Positions 39,249-49,916 are shown, counted from the stretch's first letter. The stretch: DNA of 64,000 bases from an uncultured Planctomycetaceae bacterium (GCA_963976765.1 CAXBME010000009.1:62001-126000); one strand, 5' to 3'. The notes: generated by a model from the letters alone, not told the origin. Translations and numbers: made by a program.

Positions 39249-40472
39249 ATGGAGTCGCTGATGGCCGGGGTCAATCCGTCGTCCTCAAACAAACCCGAAC
39301 CTGTCCCATTTATCGATCTGAAAGCTCAGTTTCAGACGATTCGGCCCGAGATTAATGCCGCGGTCGAGCAGGTTTTCGAAAATCAGGCTTTCGTCCTTGG
39401 CGACGAAGTCGCCGAACTGGAATTCGAAATCGCCGAGTACTGCGACTCGCGAGACGCCATCGGATGCGCGTCCGGGTCGGACGCTCTGCTGCTTTCGCTG
39501 CTCGGAATGGACATCGGTCCGGGCGATGAAGTCATTACTTCGCCGTTCACATTCTTCGCAACGGCCGGAGCGATCTGCCGAACCGGGGCGACTCCCGTTT
39601 TTGTCGACATCCTGCCCGACACGTACAACATCGATCCGGCAGCCATCGAAGCGGCGATTACTCCAAAAACGCGAGCGATCATGCCGGTCCACATTTTCGG
39701 CCAGTGCGCCGACATGGACCCCATCTGGCGACTCGCCTTCAAGCACAACCTATTCGTCTTCGAAGACGCCTGCCAGGCCATCGGAGCGACCTACAATGGC
39801 CGCAAAGCAGGGGTCCTGGGCAGAACAGGCAGCTTCAGCTTCTTCCCAACCAAGAACCTGGGAGCCGCTGGCGATGGTGGAATCATCACGACTGACGATT
39901 CCGACCTTGCTGGCAAAATACGAAGACTGCGTGTCCACGGTGATCTCGGCGGGTATTCTCACAAAGAAATCGGCTTCAACAGCCGCCTCGATGCGCTGCA
40001 AGCGGCTGTTCTCCGAGTGAAACTTCGCCACCTTGAAAATTGGACAGAAGCCCGCATCGCCAACGCCGCTCGCTATGCAGAGTTGTGCGAGGCACAGAAA
40101 CTGACTGACCAGATCGACATCCCGGTCTCGGATCCTGAGAATCGGCACGTTTACAACCAGTACACCATCCGAGTCGGCGATGGCCGCCGTGACGAAATTC
40201 TGAATTCGATGCGTGAGCAACAGATCGGCGCGGCGATCTACTACCCGACGCCGCTGCACCTCCAGGAATGCTTCGCCGGACTCGGTTACAAACAGGGCCA
40301 GTTGCCCGAAGCCGAACGAGCGTCTGCCGAAGTCCTGTCTCTGCCGATCTTTGCCGAACTGACCGAGGCTCAGCAGGACCGAGTCGTCGAGGGACTGGCA
40401 ACCGCCCTCAACGTCGGCAACCCGGCCACCGTGTCCTACCCTTTCGGCATGCCTGATTCGAAAGCGGCCTGA
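39249..40472 (+). CDS. DegT/DnrJ/EryC1/StrS PLP-dependent sugar aminotransferase
   Basis: Motifs [30 protein letters not shown] and [10 protein letters not shown]. Confidence 0.93.
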   Translation: MESLMAGVNPSSSNKPEPVPFIDLKAQFQTIRPEINAAVEQVFENQAFVLGDEVAELEFEIAEYCDSRDAIGCASGSDALLLSLLGMDIGPGDEVITSPFTFFATAGAICRTGATPVFVDILPDTYNIDPAAIEAAITPKTRAIMPVHIFGQCADMDPIWRLAFKHNLFVFEDACQAIGATYNGRKAGVLGRTGSFSFFPTKNLGAAGDGGIITTDDSDLAGKIRRLRVHGDLGGYSHKEIGFNSRLDALQAAVLRVKLRHLENWTEARIANAARYAELCEAQKLTDQIDIPVSDPENRHVYNQYTIRVGDGRRDEILNSMREQQIGAAIYYPTPLHLQECFAGLGYKQGQLPEAERASAEVLSLPIFAELTEAQQDRVVEGLATALNVGNPATVSYPFGMPDSKAA

Positions 40473-40523
40473 CGGGCCAGTTCGTGTACGAAGTCGAAGA
40501 TTTCGAAAGCTCTCTAATTCCAT

Positions 40524-40563
40524 CGGGCGTCGTTGCTACAACTGGCAGCGACGCCCGTTTTTT
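40524..40563 (+). terminator. Rho-independent terminator
   Basis: CGGGCGTCGTTGC-loop-GCAGCGACGCCCG followed by T6. Confidence 0.75.
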
Positions 40564-40798
40564 GGTGGCGAGCATCAATCAGGTAGAAGACTGAACCGAA
40601 ATCATCACCGTCGCGTCATGATTTCCGACACTGACCTGGCCGGCTGAGACCAATTTCGGTCGAATCGCGGGTCTGTCCCTTTTGTTCGCCGGGTACTGCG
40701 ATTATGACTCGCGCAGGGCGATTGAGGGGCAATTTGCCAGTTACGCATGTCCCGATGTCCACTTCACTCACCCAGTTAGATCAACAGTTTTCAGCACC

Positions 40799-42448
40799 AT
40801 GAGCGATTCCAGACTCCGAGTTCTCATCACCGATAATCTGTCCGAAGCCGGCCTGGCCATCCTGCGGGAATCTCCGCAGCTGGAAATCGTGATGGGCTCG
40901 CCGGAAAACGTCCGCGAGCAACTGCAGGCCGTCGACGGCGTCATCATCCGCAGCGCGACCAAGCTGACTGCCGAAGTGCTGGCTGGTCAGCCTCGGCTGA
41001 AAGTCATCGTGCGTGCGGGAGTTGGCGTCGACAATGTCGACCTCGACGCAGCAACTCGCGAAGGCATCATCGTGATGAACACGCCGGCTGGAAACACCAC
41101 CAGTACGGCGGAACTCGCTTTCGCTCTGATGGCTGCTTTGTCACGAAACATCCCTCAGGCCGCAGCCACGATGAAGGCTGGCGGCTGGGACCGCAAGAAG
41201 TTCACCGGCTCGCAGCTGGCGGGAAAAACGCTCGCCGTGATCGGTCTGGGACGAATCGGCCTGACACTGGCGAAGAGGGCACTCGCCTTCGAAATGAAGG
41301 TCATCGGCTACGACCCGTTCCTTTCCGAAGAACGCGCGCGTGAATTTGGCATCGAGCTGTTTCGCGAAGTCGACGACGTCATCGACAAGTGCGACTACAT
41401 CTCCGTCCACACGCCGCTGACTCCCGAAACCAAAGGTCTGATCAACGCCGAGCGGATGAAAAAAATGCGACCGGGAGCACGCATCATCAACTGTGCTCGC
41501 GGCGGCATCGTTGACGAAGCTGACCTTGTCGAAGCCGTGAAAAACGGAACGATCGCCGGCGCCGGCCTGGACGTTTATCCGCAGGAACCTCCCGCCAAAG
41601 ACGATCCAATCCGAGGCGTTGAGAACATCATCACGACTCCTCATCTGGGAGCGTCTACCGAAGAAGCTCAGGAAGCAGTCGCCGTCGAAGCGGCCGACAT
41701 CATCACCGCATTTCTGGTCAACAACGAAGTTCGACACGCCATCAACATGGCACCGATTTCCGGCACGGAACTTCAGGAATCAAAAGCGTACCTCGATCTG
41801 GGATACCGGCTCGGCCTGCTGCAGACTCAGCTCCTGAAACAACGATTCAAATCGGCAGGAATTCAGGAAGCAAAGATCACATACCGTGGAGAAGTTTCGG
41901 AAAAGAAAACGCGGCTGATCACGTCAGCGTTCGTTGCCGGACTACTCAGTTCCGGAGCCGAAGAACCGGCCAACATCATCAACGCCGAATCAATCGCTCG
42001 CGAACGAGGCATCCAGATCACCGAGTCATCATCGCGAGAAGGCGGCGACTTCACCTCGCTCGTCAGCACGACGCTGGTCACCGACAACGGCGAGTTCAGC
42101 GTTTCCGGCACGATCTTCGGCGACCGCTTCCTGCGACTGGTCCGGCTAGACGGCTTCCACCTGGACGCTTACCTGGACGGCCAGCTTCTGATCTTCCGGC
42201 ATGAAGACAAGCCTGGCCTGATCGGTTTCATCGGAACCGTCTGCGGTCAGCACGGCGTGAATATTTCACACATGTCTCTCGGCCGTGAAGACAACGGCGG
42301 AGACGCCCTGGCTGTGTTGAATCTCGACAGCGTTCCTTCTGAAGAGGCCGCCGCCGAAGTACTGACCCACGCCGCCGTCACTGGAGTCGACCTCGTAGCC
42401 CTCCCCCCCGCCGGCGAACCACTCCCGTGGCTGGACAGCGCGACGTAG
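40799..42448 (+). CDS. serA: D-3-phosphoglycerate dehydrogenase (long form with ASB and ACT domains)
   Basis: Motifs RAGVGVDNVD, NTPAGNT, NCARGGIVDE and TPHLGASTEEAQ, and C-terminal HEDKPGLIG..NISHMSLGR (ACT). Confidence 0.93.
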   Translation: MSDSRLRVLITDNLSEAGLAILRESPQLEIVMGSPENVREQLQAVDGVIIRSATKLTAEVLAGQPRLKVIVRAGVGVDNVDLDAATREGIIVMNTPAGNTTSTAELAFALMAALSRNIPQAAATMKAGGWDRKKFTGSQLAGKTLAVIGLGRIGLTLAKRALAFEMKVIGYDPFLSEERAREFGIELFREVDDVIDKCDYISVHTPLTPETKGLINAERMKKMRPGARIINCARGGIVDEADLVEAVKNGTIAGAGLDVYPQEPPAKDDPIRGVENIITTPHLGASTEEAQEAVAVEAADIITAFLVNNEVRHAINMAPISGTELQESKAYLDLGYRLGLLQTQLLKQRFKSAGIQEAKITYRGEVSEKKTRLITSAFVAGLLSSGAEEPANIINAESIARERGIQITESSSREGGDFTSLVSTTLVTDNGEFSVSGTIFGDRFLRLVRLDGFHLDAYLDGQLLIFRHEDKPGLIGFIGTVCGQHGVNISHMSLGREDNGGDALAVLNLDSVPSEEAAAEVLTHAAVTGVDLVALPPAGEPLPWLDSAT

Positions 42449-42664
42449 AACCAATTTTGAAGACAGATTTCATTACCGGGTGGTCCGTCCCGAATGAGTG
42501 GGTCGCGGAGAGGCCGCTTTATCGTTCAGAAACGCTTTAGCTGAAATCGTTGTTTTCACCGTAAGCTGCGGTCGCGGCATACTGGACATGCGGCACCCGG
42601 TCATTCTGGTTGGGCCAACCTGTGAAGTCTCAATCTGAAACTGAACTCAAGTCAAAGCATCAAG

Positions 42665-43249
42665 ATGGTAAACACTGAAGCTGGTGAGCGACTTTTGCAG
42701 ACGGAAATGGGTTCGTCGGATCGAGCTTGTCAGTTTTATGATCGCCAGATGCGGAGTTCGCTGACCGAGAAAATGGTTTCGCTGATTTGTCGGCAGGAAA
42801 TGGTTTTTGTGGCGACGGCTGATGCGAGTGGGAATTGCGACTGCTCGCCTCGGTTTGGAAATGCTGGCTTCGTGCTTGTGCTGGACGAAGCAACTCTGGC
42901 GTGGCCGGAGTACCGAGGGAACGGGGTTTACGCGAGCCTCGGGAACATCCTGGAAAATCCGCATGTGGGCCTGGTGTTTCTCGACATGTTCGACACGACC
43001 GTCGGCCTGCACGTCAACGGCGAAGCGCACAGCTATCCTGAATCAGAACTTCCCGAAATCCTCGCCGACCATATTGAGCAGCATGATCCGTCGATCGTCG
43101 CAACGGTCGAACGATGGGTTGTCGTAAAAATCGAGGAAGCCTACATCCATTGCTCGAAGCACGTTCCACGCGTGCAGCGAACGGCGAAGCAAATCGACTG
43201 GGGAACAGACGATCCCGCAGCCAAATCCAGCGAATTCTTCGTCGAATGA
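42665..43249 (+). CDS. Pyridoxamine 5'-phosphate oxidase-like FMN-binding protein
   Basis: Motifs ATADASGNCDCSPR.G..GFV, PEYRGNG..ASLGNILENPHVGL and EEAYIHCSKH. Confidence 0.88.
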   Translation: MVNTEAGERLLQTEMGSSDRACQFYDRQMRSSLTEKMVSLICRQEMVFVATADASGNCDCSPRFGNAGFVLVLDEATLAWPEYRGNGVYASLGNILENPHVGLVFLDMFDTTVGLHVNGEAHSYPESELPEILADHIEQHDPSIVATVERWVVVKIEEAYIHCSKHVPRVQRTAKQIDWGTDDPAAKSSEFFVE

Positions 43250-43272
43250 GGCAGGCTGCTCACGATTTTTCG

Positions 43273-43338
43273 CTGAATGACTCCGCCTGAATGACTCCGC
43301 CTGAATGACTCCGCCTGAATGACTCCGCCTGAATGACT
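43273..43338. repeat. Tandem repeat, 14-bp unit CTGAATGACTCCGC x4.7
   Basis: Four perfect copies plus a 10-bp partial copy. Confidence 0.95.
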
Positions 43339-43528
43339 GAAATGCAGAGCGCTTCATCGTCAGCTGAGGGCGGACCATCCTGCGCCTGCGGCACCCGACT
43401 CTTCTGGACGGACGACTCTGGTAGCCATTGTCGCCATGGTGACCGGTTATTGAATGGTCGGATCGAGCAAAGCGGCACTGGCCAACTGCGTCGTTACCAT
43501 GCTGCAGCGATAAATCTACTGTCACCGA

Positions 43529-43570
43529 GAACGCCCCTGACCCGGGAAACCGAATCAGGGGCGTTTCTTC
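43529..43570. terminator. Hairpin between convergent genes (probable terminator)
   Basis: AACGCCCCTGA ... TCAGGGGCGTT stem. Confidence 0.55.
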
Positions 43571-43599
43571 ATTTTGAACGACAGTCGTCGTCGGCCAGG

Positions 43600-44022
43600 T
43601 CAGCTCAGTCGAGACACGACCTGAAACATCAGCCGCGGTGTTTTCTTTCGAGTAATCGCCGCCGCGACTTCAGCCCGCAACCGGCCGGACACATTTTCCA
43701 GCTTCTGCAGGATGAAACCGTTTTCGACGGCGTTCCCACCACTGCCCTCAGCACTGACAGTCACCAGAAGCTGTGACGCATTCGGCGCCGGCACGACCGA
43801 CTCAACCAAAAGCGACTGTAACAGCTCGTCTGCAAAATCGCCGCTGAGAACCAGACTGAGCGTCTGTTCGACCTGTCGGCAAAGTTGCTGAGCTTTCCGG
43901 TCCCGCTTGCTGCTCACCCTGGACTGGCTATCGTAGAATCGACGCGGATCAAGACCGTCGTCTCCCTGAATCTCACCACAACACGCGAGCATTTGCTTGC
44001 GCTGACGTTGATTGAATGGCAT
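43600..44022 (-). CDS. Ribosome-binding factor A-like protein (divergent RbfA paralog)
   Basis: RbfA-like layout: N-terminal helix RKAQQLCRQVEQTLS, strand VESVVPAPNASQLLVTV, and C-terminal GRLRAEVAAAITRKKTPRLMF. It has an extra CCGEIQGDDGLDPR extension. Confidence 0.8.
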   Translation of the reverse strand: MPFNQRQRKQMLACCGEIQGDDGLDPRRFYDSQSRVSSKRDRKAQQLCRQVEQTLSLVLSGDFADELLQSLLVESVVPAPNASQLLVTVSAEGSGGNAVENGFILQKLENVSGRLRAEVAAAITRKKTPRLMFQVVSRLS

Positions 44023-44114
44023 GTTGCTCTCACGAAGAAATGGCGTTTTCTGACATCAGAAAAAGTGGGTGAGGCCCCGCCGCAAGAGCTGTGTCTGTCG
44101 CACGAAGGCGACGT

Positions 44115-44180
44115 TCAGAACTCCTCAACACAGAGATTTCCGCAACGCGGCGAAGCCAGAGAGAAATCGGAATATGTCAT
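44115..44180 (-). CDS. Putative leader peptide MTYSDFSLASPRCGNLCVEEF (21 aa)
   Basis: Perfect SD GAAAGGAGGT 5 nt before the ATG; the ORF ends 92 nt upstream of the RbfA-like start. Confidence 0.65.
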   Translation of the reverse strand: MTYSDFSLASPRCGNLCVEEF

Positions 44181-44632
44181 TGTCGACCTCCTTTCGTGGG
44201 GGAACAGTCTTTGAAAACGCTTCACTTTGAACGCGTGCTCCCATCGACATGGATTCCCACGAGACGGTTCGCGATTCCCGATATGCAGCTCTTTCCGCAA
44301 CAGCGACTGGCATTTTTGCCTGTGCTACTCGAACATTGAGCCGGACCTCGATTCGAATTCGGGTTCACATGCGTCATGCTTTTAGCTGGCTGGTGATGAC
44401 CGATTGACTGTCGACAGGATGGAGTCCGAAACAGCGGCTGCAATCGACATGTTGAGTCAGGTTTCCTGGTACGACGATTCACTCGCTCGCGCCTCGTACC
44501 GGCATCAGACTTTCCTGAACACAAACTCCGAAACGTTAAATGTTCTACCAGGCTACTGGCGGATTGACAGACGAATCACAAATTGAAACTGCCGACCATC
44601 GAGAGCCTGTTTTGACACAAAGTGCTACCACC

Positions 44633-47041
44633 ATGATCCACCGCTTTTCCACCTTTGTTTTTCTGGCCGCTCTACTGAGTTCGGGGATTGCGCTGGCCGA
44701 GCCTTCCTTCGACAAGGATCTGCAACCCTATCTTCAGGCTCATTGCATCCGGTGCCATGGCGCACAGACGCAGGAGGGAGACTTCCGGATCGACACGTTA
44801 TCGCGCGAAGTCGGGCTCAACGACACCTCGCACTGGGCCGAGGTCATCGAGCGCATCAACTCCGGCGAGATGCCTCCCGAAGAGGTGAAGCAGCGACCGT
44901 CGGCGGACGAGAGCGCGACGATCGTCGAATGGCTGGCGGCCCGCATCAAAGAGGGCGAAGCGATTCGGATGGCGCGGAGGGATCGAGTGTCGTACCACCG
45001 ACTGACGCGTGACGAGTATGTCAATTCGGTGCGGGATCTCATCGGTGTCGAGTACGACGCAGCCGATCCTGGTGGCTTGCTCGAAGACCCCGAGTGGAAC
45101 GGCTTCGAGCGACTGGGTTCGGTGCTGACACTGTCCGCAACACATATCGAAAAGTACATGACAGCTGCCGAAGTCGTTCTCGACGAGGCTTACCCGGAAA
45201 AGAAGGTCGAGTATCTCGACCTCAGCCGGCGAGCCGTCGAAATGCGGCCGGGACAGCCTCATTACGAGCGACTTGAGAAGGCAGGACTGCTTGACAAAGT
45301 GCGTTACCCGATGACAACCGCAGGTGAACTCTTTCGCGCATCGAGCCCCTTCCGCGGCCCAGGCCGCAGCTTTCCCGGACCTGGAGTTTATGAGATCAGT
45401 TACACCGTCTGCGGCTTACAACCCGAGGGACAGCGACCGCCTCGAATGCAGGTGTACGAGCACAAGCTGGATCGCGTTCTGTTCGAAAAGGACATCATCG
45501 CGCCCGAAGACAAGCCGATGACCGTGACGTTTCGAACCCATCTCGTGCGTCACCCCGAAATCCATGTCATCAACATCGCCGGTGGGCCCAGGCATCCGCG
45601 AAACAACTCGTCGAGCCGAATTCCCTTCATCACGACGGCGCATCCTCGCGCACCGTGGCAGATGAAAATCACCGATGAAGAGGGCTTCCCCAGAGTTCCC
45701 GTCCTGATCATCGATTCGATTTCCATGCGGGGCCCGATCGTGACCGAAGAAGAACACCGTCGCCGCGATGAATACATGGCAACAGACGAAGGCAACATGG
45801 ATCAGGTCCGCACCGGTCTGGAGGCCATGGCAAAACGCGCATTTCGGCGACCGCTCAAGGCCGGGGAACTGGAGACGTACCTGAAAATCGTTGAAGGAGA
45901 AGTCGCCGCCGGTGAGAAGTTCGTTGACGCAGTCAAGTCGGCGATGACTGCCATCCTGTGCTCGAAGAGTTTTCTCTTTCTCGCGGAAGGCGACCAGAAC
46001 GCGGACCGGCACACGTTGAACGATTGGGAGATCGCGTCGCGCTTGTCGTATCTCCTGTGGAGCACGATGCCGGACGACGAACTGCTCAACGCAGCGGAGC
46101 AGGGCCGGTTACACAACAAGCCCGAACTGCAGCGCCAACTGGCGCGAATGCTGGCCGATCCCCGATCAGATCGCTTCATCAGATCGTTCCCGACTCAATG
46201 GCTGCGGCTGCGGAAGGTCGGCATGTTCGCTCCGGACAGGAACATCTATCCCAATTACGACAGCCATCTTGAACAGAGCATGATTGAGGAACCGCTGGCA
46301 TTCTTTGGTGAAGTGTTGAAAAAGGGCTTAACACTGCGTGAGTTCATCGATTCAGACTGGACGATGGTGAATCCTCGACTGGCCGGGTTTTATGGCCTGC
46401 CTGAATTTTCAGTCGACGAGTTTCAGCGAGTCTCACTCAAGCCCGAACATCATCGTGGAGGCCTGTTGACGCACGCAGCGATTCTCTCACTCACTTCGGA
46501 CGGCACTCGGCATCGACCGGTCCATCGCGGCGTGTGGATGTCAGAATCAATCTTTGGCAGGACTCCACCGCCTCCACCGGCCAACGTAGACCCGATCGAG
46601 CCGAACCCGGTCGATGCTCCCAAAGCGACCATTCGGATGAAACTGCAGGCTCACATCCATGACCCGCGATGTGCGTCGTGCCACAGAAATATTGATCCGC
46701 TGGGCATGGCGTTCGACAATTACAACGCGATTGGCGAATGGCGAACTCACGAAAAAGTCGAAGGGACGGGAGACGATCCAGCGGTTGATGCCAGCGGTGT
46801 TCTGCCGGACGGAAGAAAATTCGCTGACGCCCGAGAGCTGAAACAGTTACTGATGTCGGACCTCGACCAGTTCAACAGGACGTTCATCGAAAAGCTGGCA
46901 ACTTTTGGATTACGCCGCACAATGACATTTGAAGATCGGGAAGATTTAGACGAAATCGCCCGAGTCAGCCGGGAAAAGAATTACGCGGTGCGAGACATCG
47001 TCGAAGCGTTTGTGCTTTCAGACCTGTTTCAAATGAGGTGA
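44633..47041 (+). CDS. DUF1592-containing planctomycete cytochrome c protein (PSCyt/PSD domains)
   Basis: CIRCH, HRLTRDEYVNSVRDL, ASRLSYLLWSTMPD, RPVHRGVW and CASCH..IDPLG. Confidence 0.9.
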   Translation: MIHRFSTFVFLAALLSSGIALAEPSFDKDLQPYLQAHCIRCHGAQTQEGDFRIDTLSREVGLNDTSHWAEVIERINSGEMPPEEVKQRPSADESATIVEWLAARIKEGEAIRMARRDRVSYHRLTRDEYVNSVRDLIGVEYDAADPGGLLEDPEWNGFERLGSVLTLSATHIEKYMTAAEVVLDEAYPEKKVEYLDLSRRAVEMRPGQPHYERLEKAGLLDKVRYPMTTAGELFRASSPFRGPGRSFPGPGVYEISYTVCGLQPEGQRPPRMQVYEHKLDRVLFEKDIIAPEDKPMTVTFRTHLVRHPEIHVINIAGGPRHPRNNSSSRIPFITTAHPRAPWQMKITDEEGFPRVPVLIIDSISMRGPIVTEEEHRRRDEYMATDEGNMDQVRTGLEAMAKRAFRRPLKAGELETYLKIVEGEVAAGEKFVDAVKSAMTAILCSKSFLFLAEGDQNADRHTLNDWEIASRLSYLLWSTMPDDELLNAAEQGRLHNKPELQRQLARMLADPRSDRFIRSFPTQWLRLRKVGMFAPDRNIYPNYDSHLEQSMIEEPLAFFGEVLKKGLTLREFIDSDWTMVNPRLAGFYGLPEFSVDEFQRVSLKPEHHRGGLLTHAAILSLTSDGTRHRPVHRGVWMSESIFGRTPPPPPANVDPIEPNPVDAPKATIRMKLQAHIHDPRCASCHRNIDPLGMAFDNYNAIGEWRTHEKVEGTGDDPAVDASGVLPDGRKFADARELKQLLMSDLDQFNRTFIEKLATFGLRRTMTFEDREDLDEIARVSREKNYAVRDIVEAFVLSDLFQMR

Positions 47042-47057
47042 CGTTGATACTCCACGG

Positions 47058-47110
47058 GTAGCAAAACTCATCAAGTGTTTTGGCCGGTCCGATCTGACGA
47101 CTTTCGCTAC
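47058..47110. repeat. Degenerate GTAG-type REP doublet
   Basis: GTAGCAAAACTCATCA ... TGACGACTTTCGCTAC imperfect inverted repeat. Confidence 0.55.
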
Positions 47111-47169
47111 TACTGAATTTCAAACCCTGGCACTCGCTTCGTGCTCTTGAACGCTAAAGGCTCTTACCT

Positions 47170-48549
47170 GTGAATATTCAATCCAATAAATGGCTGCTAA
47201 ACCGTCGTCACGTTCTAAGAGGGCTTGGTGCCAGCATCGCTCTACCAATGCTCAACTGCATGCAGTTGCCTGGCTTTGGTGCGACGGGTCTGCCCAGATC
47301 GACAACACCGAAACGCAGCGTATTTCTCTACATTCCGAATGGTGTTAACACTCTGACCTGGCAGATTGAAAAGGCGGGAGCTGATTATGAATTCAGCGCC
47401 CCGCTGCAGTCGCTCGAACGGCACCGCCACGAAGTGACACCTGTCAGTGGACTGCATCACCCGATGGTGATCGGCAAGGCTCATAACTGCGATCAGGTCT
47501 GGCTGACCGGCGCGAACGTTCCCAGCAGTGGTGGAGCCTTTCGAAACACAGTCTCGGCGGACCAGTTGATCGCCGAAGTGCAGGGCGAGTTCACTCGCTT
47601 CCCGTCGCTGGAGATGGCGATCGACGGTTTCTCGCTGGCCTGGTCCCGCGACGGAATTCAGATCCCGGCTGAACGAAATGTGAAGTCTATCTTTGAGCGA
47701 ATGTTCGGCGAGGAAAGAGGTGGCAAAGAGGCAGTTCGTCGCCGCCTGAATCGACGCGGAAGCATTCTTGACGCCGTGCTCAGCGACGCACAAAGCGTGA
47801 ACCGAAATCTGGGTTCTGAAGACCGCAACAAGCTGGACGAATATCTGACGGCGGTCCGTCAGGTCGAGCTGCGCACCGAAAAGGCTGAAGCCTGGCTCGA
47901 TGTGCCGCGACCCTCGCTCGATGGTTCGGTGGTCGGTCGATTCACCCGACAGATGAATCGGGATCAGGTCCGCGAGTATCACCGACTGTTTTATGACCTG
48001 ATGGTTCTGGCACTTCGCACCGACACGACGCGAGTCATCACCTGCATGATCGGCAGTGAAGCGAACGGCGGAGCGATTCCGGACATTGGTATCTCGCAGA
48101 CTCGACACGGACTTTCCCACCACAACGGCGACCCGGAACAACTGCGTCGACTCACCCAAACCGACACGTTCCATGTCGAGCAGTTAAGTTACTTCCTCGA
48201 CCAGCTTAAGGCCCATCAAGAGGACGATGGCAACCTGCTCGATACGACACAGGTGCTCTGGGGCAGCGGCATGTCCTACGGTCACAGCCACGGGAACGCA
48301 AACCTGCCAATCCTGTATGCCGGCGGAAAGAAACTCGGTGTGAAGCACGGTCGGCACGTCGACTTCAATCTACCAAAGATCGGAAAATACAACGTCGCCG
48401 CAGCCAGTGATCACTATAAAATCTGCGGTCGCCCGGTCGACGATCATGCACGACTCAGCAATCTGCTGCTGACAATGATGCATCGATGCGGTGTGGAAAC
48501 CGAACAGTTCCAGGACAGCCTGGGCGTAATCTCAGAAGTGGTGGCGTAA
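47170..48549 (+). CDS. DUF1552 (HxxSHH) protein
   Basis: Tat-like [26 protein letters not shown] and [13 protein letters not shown]. Confidence 0.9.
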   Translation: MNIQSNKWLLNRRHVLRGLGASIALPMLNCMQLPGFGATGLPRSTTPKRSVFLYIPNGVNTLTWQIEKAGADYEFSAPLQSLERHRHEVTPVSGLHHPMVIGKAHNCDQVWLTGANVPSSGGAFRNTVSADQLIAEVQGEFTRFPSLEMAIDGFSLAWSRDGIQIPAERNVKSIFERMFGEERGGKEAVRRRLNRRGSILDAVLSDAQSVNRNLGSEDRNKLDEYLTAVRQVELRTEKAEAWLDVPRPSLDGSVVGRFTRQMNRDQVREYHRLFYDLMVLALRTDTTRVITCMIGSEANGGAIPDIGISQTRHGLSHHNGDPEQLRRLTQTDTFHVEQLSYFLDQLKAHQEDDGNLLDTTQVLWGSGMSYGHSHGNANLPILYAGGKKLGVKHGRHVDFNLPKIGKYNVAAASDHYKICGRPVDDHARLSNLLLTMMHRCGVETEQFQDSLGVISEVVA

Positions 48550-48551
48550 CC

Positions 48552-49763
48552 ATGCAGAACATTGTCCCCTTGCTGTTCACCGTTGCTCTTGGTGCGTGTC
48601 TTGCAACTGCCGAATCAGCGGAACCTGAGTTCCGCACCGATGATGGTGTGGATCAGAAACTGCCCTGGTTCAAGCTCGTGAGTGGGCAGTTTCCACCGGA
48701 AGGATCCGCGCACTCGATCCAGGGTGAACTCATCCGGATGGATCATACCGAACGGCAATTGGTGATCCGCGTTGATCGCAACGATTCTCAGCAGCGAGGC
48801 GTCTGGGATCTGCCGCTGCCTCTGGACATGCTGCCTTACGGTTCCATCTACTACAACGGCGCTCCGGCTGCGTTGTGCGATATCCCGTTGGGCACTCATC
48901 TACACACCTGGTGCTACCTGAAAGACGACTCGGACGAACGTCCGCCGCTGGCCGTGTTCCACGATCGCATTTCGCCGGAAGCAGCGTTCCGGCGCTGCAT
49001 CCGCGTTGAAGACGATTTCAGTTACCACACAAGGCAGCAGCAGATCTGGAAAATCGACAGCGTCGACCTGAAGACGATGAAGCTGACAGCCAGCCTTCTG
49101 CAGAACGGTAAAACGCTTGGAGAACCAAAGTCGTTCGATCTCCTGGGCCGCACGCGAGTCTTCAAAGAGCAGGGGTTCGGCACGCTCGAATCGCTGGCGA
49201 AGGATCAACGAGTGCAGTTCAACCTGACGTGGGTTGGGTTGTTTGGTCCCGGTCGAATCCTTGAGATCTATATTGACGAAGCCAGCCGCGAACTGGCGAC
49301 CGATCAGCAGATGGCGCGTCACCAGTTGCACATTCGTGAACGCGGACTGCCCGCCTGGGTAGACGCTGTCGACGACAAAAAGCAGATCGTGACGTTCACG
49401 TTTTTTGACGGCGTCGATCCCGCTCTGTTCGACGAATTGACGATCATCAATCCCGAACCGCTCGGCTGGCCGGCCGCATTGTTCGGTAAAGGCGGCGCAA
49501 AAAATGATCTGGCACCCAAAGGTACGATTGCGGTCGCGCATGAGTCGCTCATGACTTACGACCCGACCAACGATCGCAAAGGGGGCAACATCCTGAAAAT
49601 CAGTAAAGTGCCCGTCGCTCCTGGCTGCAGTGGCGTCCAGATCCAACTGGAATGCGGCATGCTTCTGGAAGGCTTCCGACCCACAAAGATCGTCCGCTTC
49701 TACCCGGCTTCCTGGGAGTTCGTGACACTGCCACGCGAAGAAAGCTACTTCGGTCGGGAATAG
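48552..49763 (+). CDS. Secreted hypothetical protein (paralog of the next gene)
   Basis: Signal peptide, 2-nt gap after DUF1552, and repeated beta-barrel-like units. Confidence 0.75.
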   Translation: MQNIVPLLFTVALGACLATAESAEPEFRTDDGVDQKLPWFKLVSGQFPPEGSAHSIQGELIRMDHTERQLVIRVDRNDSQQRGVWDLPLPLDMLPYGSIYYNGAPAALCDIPLGTHLHTWCYLKDDSDERPPLAVFHDRISPEAAFRRCIRVEDDFSYHTRQQQIWKIDSVDLKTMKLTASLLQNGKTLGEPKSFDLLGRTRVFKEQGFGTLESLAKDQRVQFNLTWVGLFGPGRILEIYIDEASRELATDQQMARHQLHIRERGLPAWVDAVDDKKQIVTFTFFDGVDPALFDELTIINPEPLGWPAALFGKGGAKNDLAPKGTIAVAHESLMTYDPTNDRKGGNILKISKVPVAPGCSGVQIQLECGMLLEGFRPTKIVRFYPASWEFVTLPREESYFGRE

Positions 49764-49916
49764 TCGTACGCCAATCGCGATTCCCCCCCAGCGCCGCTTG
49801 CGAGAGCATCGGACCAAACCGATTTCGCCATCCACAGCCTGGCGACGTTGGCTGCGGCAGGATCATTAACGACCAGTCAGTTTCGAAATGCTGAAACAAA
49901 CCTCGAAAGTTTAACT

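Noticed and set aside
40565..40798. ZMP/ZTP or other riboswitch upstream of serA
   Set aside because: No recognisable conserved motif such as CGCCTGGGCA.
43273..43338. CRISPR array
   Set aside because: The 14-bp units are head-to-tail with no spacers, and there are no cas genes.
44186..44300. Moco riboswitch (ends in GAAAGGAG)
   Set aside because: Only the SD-like end resembles it; the other conserved elements are absent and the context is unrelated.
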